Source of the DNA: Candidatus Latescibacterota bacterium
GTDB lineage: Bacteria; Latescibacterota; CBDEFO01
Length of the DNA stretch: 64,000 bases
Direction: 5' to 3'
Assembly: GCA_965248755.1 (NCBI GenBank)
Contig: OZ252149.1
Span: forward strand, 2,432,001 to 2,496,000
Below the pieces are notes generated by a model. It worked only from the letters and a program-made list of their open reading frames with translations, was not told the origin of the DNA and did not search any database. How positions within the stretch are numbered: position 1 is the first letter of the stretch; every line of letters starts with the position of its first letter. Shown piece after piece: positions 10,022 to 18,883 of this stretch. A program made the translations under genes and the position numbers.

Positions 10022-10603
10022 ATGTGGCAGAATTACGGAGGATTTTTCCAAGATTGGGAGATTGCAGTTGCCAAGAATCTGATCAACGAATTTCGTGAGC
10101 AGTGGACCTGCCTGGAGCGGGAAGGTTTTGATGATCTGTTTCAGGAATGTCTTACTCACTGGTATTTTGCCAAGGATGACTACGACCCCGCACGTAAGGC
10201 GTCTCAAAAAACGTTTATGGGGAAAGTCATCCGAAACAAGCTCAAGGACCTTGTCGATGAAAGAGAAGCAGATAAGAGAAAGATAGCCCATCTCACCGTT
10301 TCTCTTGATGAGCTTTTAGGAGATGATGAGGACTCTACCCCCTTAATTGACAAGATTGATGCGAGCATCATCACCGATGCCTCTCCCAATCCTTTTTTGA
10401 GAATCGAGTTAAAGTTAGACCTCTCAAAAGCCCTCCAGAAGCTCACCCCGCAACAAAAGACACTCTACCATTTATGCGAGAAGGGGTTTAACATCACAGA
10501 GGCAAGCGAATATCTCAAGACACCTCGAAGTACCCTCTATGATGAGATCGAACGCATAAGGACAATCTTTATGAAAGAGGGTCTTGAAGACTACCTGAAA
10601 TAA
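10022..10603 (+). CDS. Sigma-70 family (ECF-like) sigma factor of the mobile element
   Basis: Region 2-like DDLFQECL...KTFMGKVIRNKLKDL; region 4 LQKLTPQQK...ITEASEYLKTPRSTLY. Confidence 0.82.
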   Translation: MWQNYGGFFQDWEIAVAKNLINEFREQWTCLEREGFDDLFQECLTHWYFAKDDYDPARKASQKTFMGKVIRNKLKDLVDEREADKRKIAHLTVSLDELLGDDEDSTPLIDKIDASIITDASPNPFLRIELKLDLSKALQKLTPQQKTLYHLCEKGFNITEASEYLKTPRSTLYDEIERIRTIFMKEGLEDYLK

Positions 10604-10607
10604 TCCT

Positions 10608-10640
10608 TCCGACACTTTCCCGAAATATTCCGTATATACG
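10608..10640 (+). promoter_or_regulatory. Putative promoter for the element-encoded sigma factor, rightward copy
   Basis: TCCGACA-N11-TATTCCGTATATACG upstream of the replication operon. Confidence 0.65.
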
Positions 10641-10678
10641 TGATAGAAGCAGTCTTAACTCGAACAGGAGGACAAGAA

Positions 10679-11008
10679 ATGAAGGTCGTATGCAGGTTCA
10701 AATTTCATGAAGGATTAGAAAGGGAAATGATTGAGACCCAGCTTGCTCTTGCCATCGTTGCGGCTGAGTGTACTTTTGGTCAGCCTAAGGTAAGGATCAG
10801 TGCCGGCTACTGTGTCTCAAAAGAAAAGCCTCAGGTTGCTATTGATGTTTCTACCGAAGTGGGGGAGCACATCGCCCAGGTCTTTACCGGCTTGATGATC
10901 CGACAGCTTGGTGAGGATAATTTCACTGTGGATAGGATAGAAACAGATGCCCCCCTGAGGCCTGTTACTTCCCCCAACAAGCTGGAAGGGATTACCGGAA
11001 ATGAATAG
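10679..11008 (+). CDS. Hypothetical protein
   Basis: AGGAGG RBS before ATG 10679; overlaps primase start. Confidence 0.7.
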   Translation: MKVVCRFKFHEGLEREMIETQLALAIVAAECTFGQPKVRISAGYCVSKEKPQVAIDVSTEVGEHIAQVFTGLMIRQLGEDNFTVDRIETDAPLRPVTSPNKLEGITGNE

Positions 11009-13433
11009 AAGGTCATTCTTTGAGATACTGTATGGCGATGATATTGAGGGAAGAGGTATCGAGCTAAGAGCTATCGGTACAGGTCCTGTGAAGCGGAAAT
11101 TCTGTAAAGGCATAGAGGAGGCCATCAGCTATCGATGCCCAGAAGGTTATGATCTGTACGTTGGAATTGCACTGAGGCGCGGGCAGAAGGGAGATAAGAA
11201 CGATATCTCCTCTGTTCCAGCGTTCTGGTGCGACCTAGATGCAAAAGACTTTAATGGAGATACAAATAAGATTCTGGAAAGAATCAATAACTTTGAGTTC
11301 CAGCCCACAATGCTGGTGAATTCAGGAGGAGGGATCCACGCCTATTGGGTGTTCAAAGAAGCATTTGAGATCGAAAGCCTTGAAGACATATTTTACATCG
11401 AGGGACATCTCAAAGGCATCCAGGAAACCCTCGGGGGAGATGAAGGAACATGGGACCTACCGCGGATATTGCGTGTCCCAGACACATATAACCACAAATA
11501 TAGCCCTCGGCGTGAAGTGAAAGTTGTACATCTCGAACCTTCCCTCCGATATAACCCGGGCGATTTCGATGACTACCACGTGGACCCTCCGGCTGAAAGC
11601 AGCTTCTCAGATCGACCCATCCCTCAGGATTTAGCGCTGACAGCTACGGACAAAGTCCTGATTCAGTCGTTATCCAAAGAGTTGCAGGAGATCTTTAAGA
11701 CTGGAGGCCTGCCTGATGACAATACAGGAGAGATAGATCGTTCAAGGGGCCTGTGGAGGATCGGACGGGAGTTGAAACGCCAGGACGTGAGCTGGGACCA
11801 GTTCTACAGGATAATGCATAACAGCGACAAACTGGGTAAGGCAGAAGGACGAGAAGAGAAATACTACAGGCAGATTTGGGACAAGAATTCAGAGACCTCT
11901 CTTGGCGTAAAGAGCGAAGTCACTTCCATTCTTAGGCGCAAGGGGATGAAGGTCTTTATGAAGAGAAGGCTCATTTCAGAGATTGTCATCAAGGATCTGA
12001 AGACGAGGGGATACTTTGTTTGCACAGACAGGGACCTCTACTACTTCTCTGATCAAGACAAGAAACTGTTGCCTATCGAGGATCAGTACTTTGCCGCTGC
12101 GATTGAAGACTTCTACGGAATCAATATTTCAGAGATGGAGTTCAAATATCTAATGGGTTCTATCCAAACAGAGACACTGCAAAGAGGGACTAAGGCAGAT
12201 ATATATCGCTTCGCCTTCTACGACAAAGAGACTAAGGAACTCTACATCTCCCGGTTCGACGGTCAGGCGTACAGGTTGGATGGCGAAAAAATAGACCTTA
12301 TCTCCAATGGTGAGGACGGCGTCCTATTCTTGGACGAACCTTATTGCCATCCTTTCGAATACATGCCTGATAGATCCAAGGAGAGGCTCTTCACCAAGCT
12401 GTTCGTCAACCCTGTAAATTTTTCCACTGGGGGAGATGTTACCTTGTCCAAAAACGAGCAAAGGCTCTTATGGGGGGTCTGGATATACTCGCTGTTCTTT
12501 GAATCACTATTGCCGACAAAGCCGATTGTCTCGTTCCTTGGGGAAAAGGGGAGTGGGAAGAGCTCGACACTGCGCTGGGTTATTCAGCTCCTTTTTGGAC
12601 CTGAAGCTGATGTATTATCGCTGGCGAAAGAAAAAGAAGATGCTTTTCTGTCCGCCGTGACGAACAACCATATATGCATATTTGATAACTGTGATGGCCG
12701 TATAAATTGGCTGAACGATCACCTTTCCGCGTTGGCGACAGGAGGGCACATAACACTCAGGAAGCTCTATACCACAAATGAGTCAGTTAGCTATAAGCCT
12801 AAAGTGTTTTTGGGGTTGACTGCCCGGACGCCGCAGTTCAAGCGTGACGATGTAGTAGACCGGCTATTGATTTTTAAAGTAGACCGGATAGAGCCCTTCA
12901 TATCTGAGAACACACTACGAGAAGAGAGACTTTCGCAAAGGAACCTGATCTGGTCAGAACTCCTTGAAAATTTGAACGTAATAGTAGCAACGTTAAAGGA
13001 GGATAACGAAGAAAAGTTTACTACGAATCACAGGATGGCAGACTTCGCAGAATTGGGCTATCGAATAGCATCTGGCCAGGGATTTGGTGAAGACTTCAAG
13101 AACGCTCTGAAGAAGACGCAAGAAGAACAGGATATCTTTCTGTTGGAGGATGAGCCCATATATTTAGCCTTGGAAATCTGGATTCAGGATAAAGGGAACC
13201 GAGGGGATGAATTAACCGCTGCTGAGCTTAGGGCAAAACTAGAAACAGTCGCTAGTGATAATAGTATTATATGGCCCTATGAGACCACTACTCCACAATC
13301 CTCAAAAAAACCGATAAGCTTTGCAAAGAAACTTAATAATATATGGAGTAACTTACAGGCGTTTTTTGATTGCAATAAAAAAGAGGTGGGAGGTAGAAAG
13401 AAACTCTACTCGTTTAACCTAAAAAGTAGATGA
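11001..13433 (+). CDS. Replication protein: RepB-like/AEP primase domain fused to P-loop helicase-like domain
   Basis: FWCDLD, VNSGGGIHAYW, RILRVPDTYNHK primase motifs; GEKGSGKS Walker A, IFDN Walker B-like. Confidence 0.85.
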   Translation: MNRRSFFEILYGDDIEGRGIELRAIGTGPVKRKFCKGIEEAISYRCPEGYDLYVGIALRRGQKGDKNDISSVPAFWCDLDAKDFNGDTNKILERINNFEFQPTMLVNSGGGIHAYWVFKEAFEIESLEDIFYIEGHLKGIQETLGGDEGTWDLPRILRVPDTYNHKYSPRREVKVVHLEPSLRYNPGDFDDYHVDPPAESSFSDRPIPQDLALTATDKVLIQSLSKELQEIFKTGGLPDDNTGEIDRSRGLWRIGRELKRQDVSWDQFYRIMHNSDKLGKAEGREEKYYRQIWDKNSETSLGVKSEVTSILRRKGMKVFMKRRLISEIVIKDLKTRGYFVCTDRDLYYFSDQDKKLLPIEDQYFAAAIEDFYGINISEMEFKYLMGSIQTETLQRGTKADIYRFAFYDKETKELYISRFDGQAYRLDGEKIDLISNGEDGVLFLDEPYCHPFEYMPDRSKERLFTKLFVNPVNFSTGGDVTLSKNEQRLLWGVWIYSLFFESLLPTKPIVSFLGEKGSGKSSTLRWVIQLLFGPEADVLSLAKEKEDAFLSAVTNNHICIFDNCDGRINWLNDHLSALATGGHITLRKLYTTNESVSYKPKVFLGLTARTPQFKRDDVVDRLLIFKVDRIEPFISENTLREERLSQRNLIWSELLENLNVIVATLKEDNEEKFTTNHRMADFAELGYRIASGQGFGEDFKNALKKTQEEQDIFLLEDEPIYLALEIWIQDKGNRGDELTAAELRAKLETVASDNSIIWPYETTTPQSSKKPISFAKKLNNIWSNLQAFFDCNKKEVGGRKKLYSFNLKSR

Positions 13434-13434
13434 T

Positions 13435-13705
13435 CTATCTTCACCATCTTCACCCATCTTCACTGCTATCTTCACCACATCAAGTTACACTTTTACAATA
13501 TCTTATAGATGTTAGTGAAGATAGTGAAGGTAACTTTCCAAGAGTATTAATAAAAATATATTTATAAAAAAGAGGGGAATATATAAAGAATACGCATCTA
13601 TTATTCACTACCTTCACTTGCTTAACGTAAGTTTATGTTTCGGAACATGTTAGTGAGGTGAAGGTAGCTAAAAACGTATCTTCACCTATCTTCACCATCT
13701 TCACC
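13435..13705. promoter_or_regulatory. Putative iteron replication origin
   Basis: About 13 (A)TCTTCAC / GTGAAG(A/G)T repeats in both orientations around an AT-rich core (13545-13600), directly after the primase gene. Confidence 0.75.
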
Positions 13706-14045
13706 GCTTTTCTGGGAGGTTGAATCTCACTTTGGGAAGTTCTGCGCTGACTTAATCGAATCTGATTAGGTAGCTACAGATTCTTTATAGCCCTTAAATG
13801 CTATATATAGCAAATAAACTTCAGGAGTATATAGGTATATCGGTTGTGAATCACCTAGGCGATATTCACCAGTGAAAGAACTCTATATGAAAGAGACACA
13901 AGGCTCTACGTGTACGAAAGACTTGCTCCGAAGGTTGATAAACATCTCGCAAAAGCCCTAAACGACAAATCTCGTCACCTTGCTGGAGAAAAGATACAAT
14001 TAGGAAAGAGCGCAGGACAAGTCTGTCTCTGATGCTTTTGCTGAA

Positions 14046-14315
14046 ATGTTTAATAAGGCTATAGACGATCTCAAAGAGCATTATATGAAGGGCATTGATG
14101 ACTATATCGAAAGGTATCACAGGAGCCTTTATGAGGAAACCAACCAGTCGTTGAAGAGGCTCGATGAAGTTTGGGTAGCAGGTCTCAAAGGAGATGCAAC
14201 GTCTGAAGATTTCAGAGAGGTCCTGAAAGAGTGGTATTTACTAAATATCAAAGAGATTGAGATCTACAAAAAGGAGGTTCCCGATGACCATATCGAAGAA
14301 GCAGTTGGAGGCTAA
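14046..14315 (+). CDS. Hypothetical protein
   Basis: 89-aa ORF, co-oriented with neighbours. Confidence 0.5.
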   Translation: MFNKAIDDLKEHYMKGIDDYIERYHRSLYEETNQSLKRLDEVWVAGLKGDATSEDFREVLKEWYLLNIKEIEIYKKEVPDDHIEEAVGG

Positions 14316-15201
14316 CAGGAAGAACGCACAGAAGGGTGGAGTAAAGACCCCAGAAGGTAAGGAAGTAGTCAAACACAACGCCCTCAAACATGGATTACTC
14401 GCAAAAGAGGTAGTCATTACAGTAGGAGAGGATGCAGAGTGCCTAGAAGAGTTTAACGCTCTGTTAGGAGACTTAAAGACACAGCTTATTCCGGAGGGGA
14501 CTTTAGAGGAGATGTTAGTAGAAAAGATAGCAGTTTCCTACTGGAGGCTCAGGAGGGCGTATAAATATGAGGTAGGGCTTATCAGGCAAAACTTGGATAC
14601 CACTACAAATGACTACTATAACCAGACGGACTGGCAGGACAGGAAGATAAATAAGACGGAGGAAGAGATAGAACAGGAGATAGAACAAAAAATAGGAAGG
14701 ATCAAATATTGGAAAAAGGACAAGAGAGACTTACAGAGAATGCACAAAGAAGGCAAACCTTTAGAGGAGATTTACGACTGGGAGGAGAATTGGAAAGGGT
14801 TCTACGATGAGGTACACGATCTCATCGAAGAGGAAGGTTTAGAATTTGAAGATTTAGAGCCCGAGCAGTTGATAGAATTCCTGACTGATAAGGTTGGTTG
14901 GAATGATGATCTTATTTGGAAGGCCCTTGTAGAGCTTTGCGATGAAAAAGTAGAATACCATAAAAGGCAGATTAAGGATTTAGAGAAGGAGAAAGAAAAG
15001 AACAGGCTTAAAATTGAGGTGTTAAAAAGACTGGGAAACATTCCTTCAAAGGAGGAGTTAGAACGGCTCTTAAGGTATGAGGGCTCGCTAGAGAGGCAGT
15101 TTTATAAGGCATTAAATCAGTTAGAAAGAATACAAAGATTACGCTTGGGGGACAAGATATCTGCCCCTGTGGAGGTGGATTTGAACGTAAATACGGAGTA
15201 A
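14284..15201 (+). CDS. Hypothetical mobile-element protein (ANRKNAQK...KTPEGK...NALKHGL type)
   Basis: AGGAGG RBS; N-terminal motif recalls proteins common in integrated elements; coiled-coil C-terminus. Confidence 0.75.
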   Translation: MTISKKQLEANRKNAQKGGVKTPEGKEVVKHNALKHGLLAKEVVITVGEDAECLEEFNALLGDLKTQLIPEGTLEEMLVEKIAVSYWRLRRAYKYEVGLIRQNLDTTTNDYYNQTDWQDRKINKTEEEIEQEIEQKIGRIKYWKKDKRDLQRMHKEGKPLEEIYDWEENWKGFYDEVHDLIEEEGLEFEDLEPEQLIEFLTDKVGWNDDLIWKALVELCDEKVEYHKRQIKDLEKEKEKNRLKIEVLKRLGNIPSKEELERLLRYEGSLERQFYKALNQLERIQRLRLGDKISAPVEVDLNVNTE

Positions 15202-15421
15202 ATAGCGGAAAAAATGGGTTTGTTTCGCAAAAATAGGTTTTACAGTGGACCAATACTCGAACCGGAGAGAAAGCATCTTCTCCTTGTTTTTCTCTTTGTT
15301 GTCTACCTATACTATGTATTAAAGTCTGGATTTGCCAAGAGAATCTCTATTGTGATAAAGATGTGCACTGACGACACTGACCTTCTGTGCACTTGTAAGG
15401 GTTGCCAGACTGAAAATCCCA

Positions 15422-15640
15422 ATGTATATTAAGAGCATAATAAACAGATGGAGAATTAGAAAACTCCGAGAAGCTATGGGCCACACACAGAAAAGTTTCG
15501 CCTTTGTCTGTGGCCTGAGCTGGCAAACAATCGGGGACATAGAGCGAGGAGCGAATAGGAACCCCAACACCCTAACGCTGGCGAAGATAGTACAAGCGCT
15601 GGATGTAGAACTGCAAAGCCTTTTCTGGGAGGTGGAATGA
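15422..15640 (+). CDS. Xre/Cro-family HTH regulator
   Basis: IRKLREAMGHTQKSFAFVCGLSWQTIGDIERGANRNPNTLTLAKIVQALDV. Confidence 0.82.
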   Translation: MYIKSIINRWRIRKLREAMGHTQKSFAFVCGLSWQTIGDIERGANRNPNTLTLAKIVQALDVELQSLFWEVE

Positions 15641-15727
15641 TGATTCTCGAATTGGAAAAAGAAATTATTGACGTGTTACGATATGTGGCTTTAGGTGTAT
15701 TTCTTCTGATATTATCAGCAATGTCCT

Positions 15728-16075
15728 TTGCTCTATCGGATCAAAGGGGAAGATGAAGATGTGGACCTGCCTATCCTCCTGCAGACTACCCCTCAACGCT
15801 TTGGAGGACAAAGGGTGCGGTTTACTTGTCTGTTAATAATAGGGGATCGGCTTTGCAACCGCAGAGTCGGTAAGTGCTATCTCCCGCCTGGAGGCAAATA
15901 CTTCGGATGCAGGGCGTGCTACAACCTTACTTACAGAAGCTGTAAGGAACACGACAAGAGAATAGATGCCCTTATGAAGAATCCAGAGCTTCTGATGGCT
16001 CAAATGAAAGGCGACGATCTGAAAGGATCACGGTTGGACCTCAAAGCCCACGCAAAGATGATGAGATGGATATGA
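15728..16075 (+). CDS. Cys-rich putative zinc-finger protein, probably 5'-truncated
   Basis: TPQRFGGQRVRFTC...CNRRVGKCY...FGCRACYNLTYRS; weak start. Confidence 0.55.
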   Translation: MLYRIKGEDEDVDLPILLQTTPQRFGGQRVRFTCLLIIGDRLCNRRVGKCYLPPGGKYFGCRACYNLTYRSCKEHDKRIDALMKNPELLMAQMKGDDLKGSRLDLKAHAKMMRWI

Positions 16076-16527
16076 CCGTACTTTCAGTAGGCATCTCGTT
16101 AGATAAAGGAGTCAAGAAGAGTAGAGGCTGAGCCCTTGACTGATCTTATATTGCCTTCCAGAAATTCATTGACATCCACTGTCAGATTTTGTACTTCTCT
16201 CCTGATTGCTCTACCCATTGTATCATTCTTCTGATTGATCAACACTCACGAATACGCAGTCCGAGCTTTTCACGATAGATTCTATCCTTCCACTCTATCT
16301 GCGCCTTGACACGGCTTTGAGGACGATGAAGGAGATCTTTCCCAGTCTCACGATTCTTGCCATCTATAAAAAGGTAGTTCAACTGTACAAAGACGTTGTG
16401 AATGGGGTAAATGGATTTACTATGTTTGTAATTTCACCTAAATCATCACAGGCGCGGATTTGTAATCCTACTTTAAGGTGGGTTCAAGACAAATAGGTAG
16501 GTTGTCCCCAATTCAAATGAGGTAGAT

Positions 16528-16923
16528 ATGTTCAGATTGAGCAAGGGACAGATGGAGGATGAGATAAGCAAGGCTATTATTAAATTTCAAAAAGAACACA
16601 TGGGCAGCGGTCCCAAAGAATCAAAGACATATATTATAGAAGATATGATTTTACTCCGGCTTAAAGGGACTTTGACGCCTGCTGAACAAAAATTGGGTGA
16701 GAGTCCAAAAGGATCGGGATTGATAAAAGAGATCAAGATGCAGCTTATGGAGTCCTCCCGGCCGCTTTTGGAGGATATAATTTGTAACCTTACTGGATGT
16801 AAAGTCACCAGCATTCATACTGACATCAGCACGAGGACAGGCGAGAGGGTCATACTTTTCATTCTGGACAAGCGCCTTGAGGAAATTTTCCCTCAAGGGG
16901 GCACTTCGTCAAAAAAGTCTTGA
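16528..16923 (+). CDS. DUF2294 / MpsC-family protein
   Basis: SKGQMEDEISKAIIKFQKEHMGSGP, LRLKGTLTPAEQKL, SIHTDISTRTGERVILF; GAGG RBS. Confidence 0.88.
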   Translation: MFRLSKGQMEDEISKAIIKFQKEHMGSGPKESKTYIIEDMILLRLKGTLTPAEQKLGESPKGSGLIKEIKMQLMESSRPLLEDIICNLTGCKVTSIHTDISTRTGERVILFILDKRLEEIFPQGGTSSKKS

Positions 16924-16948
16924 CATATTAATTTAAATACGGTATATT
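16920..16948 (+). promoter_or_regulatory. Sigma-70 promoter
   Basis: TTGACA-17 bp-TATATT. Confidence 0.7.
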
Positions 16949-17298
16949 ATTGGCAGTTTTAATTCGGCGGATTAGTCAAATAGCACTCTTGAAAAAGATG
17001 GCTTGTTGAAAAGTATGCCGACGCAGATTACGGTAGGTGAGTAGTCAGGCGTCGGCATTTTCTTTTGATGCGAGTTTGAAGGTCTATGGAAAAGGTGAAT
17101 GGAAAGTTTGTCAATATCCATATATTATTGGCAGTTTTAATTCGGCAGATTAGTTAAATAGCACTCTTGAAAAAGATGGCTTGTTGAAAAGTATGCCGAC
17201 GCAGATTACGGTAGGTGAGTAGTCAGGCGTCGGCATTTTCTTTTGATGCGAGTTTGAAGGTCTATGGAAAAGGTGAATGGAAAGTTTGTCAATATCCA
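16943..17298 (+). repeat. Tandem duplication of a 178-bp leader
   Basis: 16943-17120 repeated at 17121-17298 with two substitutions seen. Confidence 0.95.
17015..17066 (+). terminator. Intrinsic terminator in leader copy 1 (copy 2 at 17193-17244)
   Basis: ATGCCGACGC...GCGTCGGCAT stem followed by TTTCTTTT. Confidence 0.65.
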
Positions 17299-17326
17299 TA
17301 TTACTTATCTAGGAAGACCGAACAAT

Positions 17327-17935
17327 ATGATAGAACCAGAGATTTGCAACGAGCATTCCGTCCCGGACTCGGAACTCCTATCCAGAGTTATAGACGGAGA
17401 CTTAGCCGCTTTTGATGTGGTCGTAGATCGGTATAAGGGGAGGCTCTTAAACTTTGTCTTTCGGTTCATCGGAGACAAAGAAGTGGCCGAAGACATAGTC
17501 CAGGAGACCTTCTTAAGGGCCTATAGAAAACGGACACATTACGAAGCCATAGCCAATTTCTCCACGTGGCTTTTTACCATCGCGGGTAATTTAGCCAAGA
17601 CCGAATTAAGACGGCGCAAAAGGTGGAGATTACTGTCTTTAGACTGGAACGATGAGACACAGACGGGCTTCGATATAGCTGACGAGTCTTACCGCCCCGA
17701 CAGGGTGACCGAATCCGAGCTCATTCAGCGGAGCATACAGAGGGCAATCGATTCCCTGCCTCTGAAGTACAAACAGGTAGTCATCCTGCACGACATTGAC
17801 GGAATGCCTTATCAGAACATAGCCAAGATCGTAGGCTGCCCTGTAGGAACCGTAAAGTCCAGGGTAAATAGAGGAAGACTTAGACTTCAGAAGAAACTCA
17901 AAGCAGAGGGTAAGGACATAGGGATAGACTTCTAG
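17327..17935 (+). CDS. ECF sigma factor (RpoE/SigW-like)
   Basis: AEDIVQETFLRAY, FSTWLFTIAGN, YQNIAKIVGCPVGTVKSRVNRGR; start could be 17264. Confidence 0.92.
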   Translation: MIEPEICNEHSVPDSELLSRVIDGDLAAFDVVVDRYKGRLLNFVFRFIGDKEVAEDIVQETFLRAYRKRTHYEAIANFSTWLFTIAGNLAKTELRRRKRWRLLSLDWNDETQTGFDIADESYRPDRVTESELIQRSIQRAIDSLPLKYKQVVILHDIDGMPYQNIAKIVGCPVGTVKSRVNRGRLRLQKKLKAEGKDIGIDF

Positions 17936-18155
17936 CGCGCAAAAAGGAGGGATATATGGGAAAATGAACTGCAGGATCTTTGAGAAGGAGGCTCTGAAAG
18001 CAGGTCTTAAGTATTATCTGACTCTATGAATTACCCTGCTTAAATAGGTGATGAGATTCCATCTATCTTTAAAGAGCCCAGTATATGGGTCTTTTTGCGT
18101 CGGCTTTTTGTTTTTGTGCTATACAAACAAATCTTTTGGAGGAGGTGATAAGATA

Positions 18156-18419
18156 GTGTCTGTTAGAGCTTATGTGCTGATAGATGTGGCGGGCGACAGT
18201 GTGGAAGATGTCGTGGAGGAGCTCTCCGACATAGAAGGGATAAAATTTGTCGGCCCTGCAGAAGGACGGTTACGGGATCTTACTACCCTAATGGAATCTT
18301 TCGATATTATGGCTCATATTCAGGCAGATGACAGCAATGGCTTGGGAGAAGCGATTACATCCCAGGTGAGGAGCATTGCCGGTGTGACAAAGACGATAAC
18401 GTGCATAGCAGTTGAATAA
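18156..18419 (+). CDS. Lrp/AsnC ligand-binding domain protein
   Basis: VRAYVLI...FDIMAHIQADD...VRSIAGVTKTITCI; GGAGGT RBS before GTG 18156. Confidence 0.8.
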   Translation: MSVRAYVLIDVAGDSVEDVVEELSDIEGIKFVGPAEGRLRDLTTLMESFDIMAHIQADDSNGLGEAITSQVRSIAGVTKTITCIAVE

Positions 18420-18466
18420 GAAGCAGTCATAGAGTATTCATCTATTGTTAGAGAAAGGGACAAACC

Positions 18467-18829
18467 GTGAACGCTGATCTTAAAGATGCTATTTGTGAGG
18501 AGATCACTAAATTTCAGGAATTACAGATGGGAATAGTCCCCAGGAAAGCAACTGTCCTGATAGAGGAGGATATGATCGTCGTCCATCTCAAAGAGATGCT
18601 CTCTCCTGCTGAAAAACATCTGGCCTTAAGCCAGAAGGGCCAAAATCTCCTAAGGGAGTTTAATGCGCTTCTTTTTGAGGGTCCCCGCCAATATCTGGAA
18701 GATGTGATCGTGGAGACTATGGGGCGCAAGGTTGTTGACGTTCAAACAGCGATTAGTTCCTTAACAGGCAGTATCGTCGCTCTTTTTATGTTAGGAGAGC
18801 CGGCGGAGATAGAAGTTTCCTGTGAGTAG
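18467..18829 (+). CDS. DUF2294 / MpsC-family protein
   Basis: KFQELQMGIVP, VHLKEMLSPAEKHL; paralog of 16528-16923. Confidence 0.82.
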   Translation: MNADLKDAICEEITKFQELQMGIVPRKATVLIEEDMIVVHLKEMLSPAEKHLALSQKGQNLLREFNALLFEGPRQYLEDVIVETMGRKVVDVQTAISSLTGSIVALFMLGEPAEIEVSCE

Positions 18830-18883
18830 ATCAGGAAGTTTCCACGGAACGTACCGAAATCTCCTTTGATGATCGGAATAATG

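Larger units (their letters stand above)
17979..18876 (+). repeat. Duplicated block A (sigma tail + Lrp/AsnC + MpsC), second copy 20321-21218
   Basis: Constant offset 2342 bp with scattered substitutions. Confidence 0.92.

Noticed and set aside
18046..18115. Fluoride riboswitch-like GGTGATGAG start upstream of the Lrp gene
   Set aside because: The 3' GCTGATGAC-like conserved segment and pseudoknot are not visible
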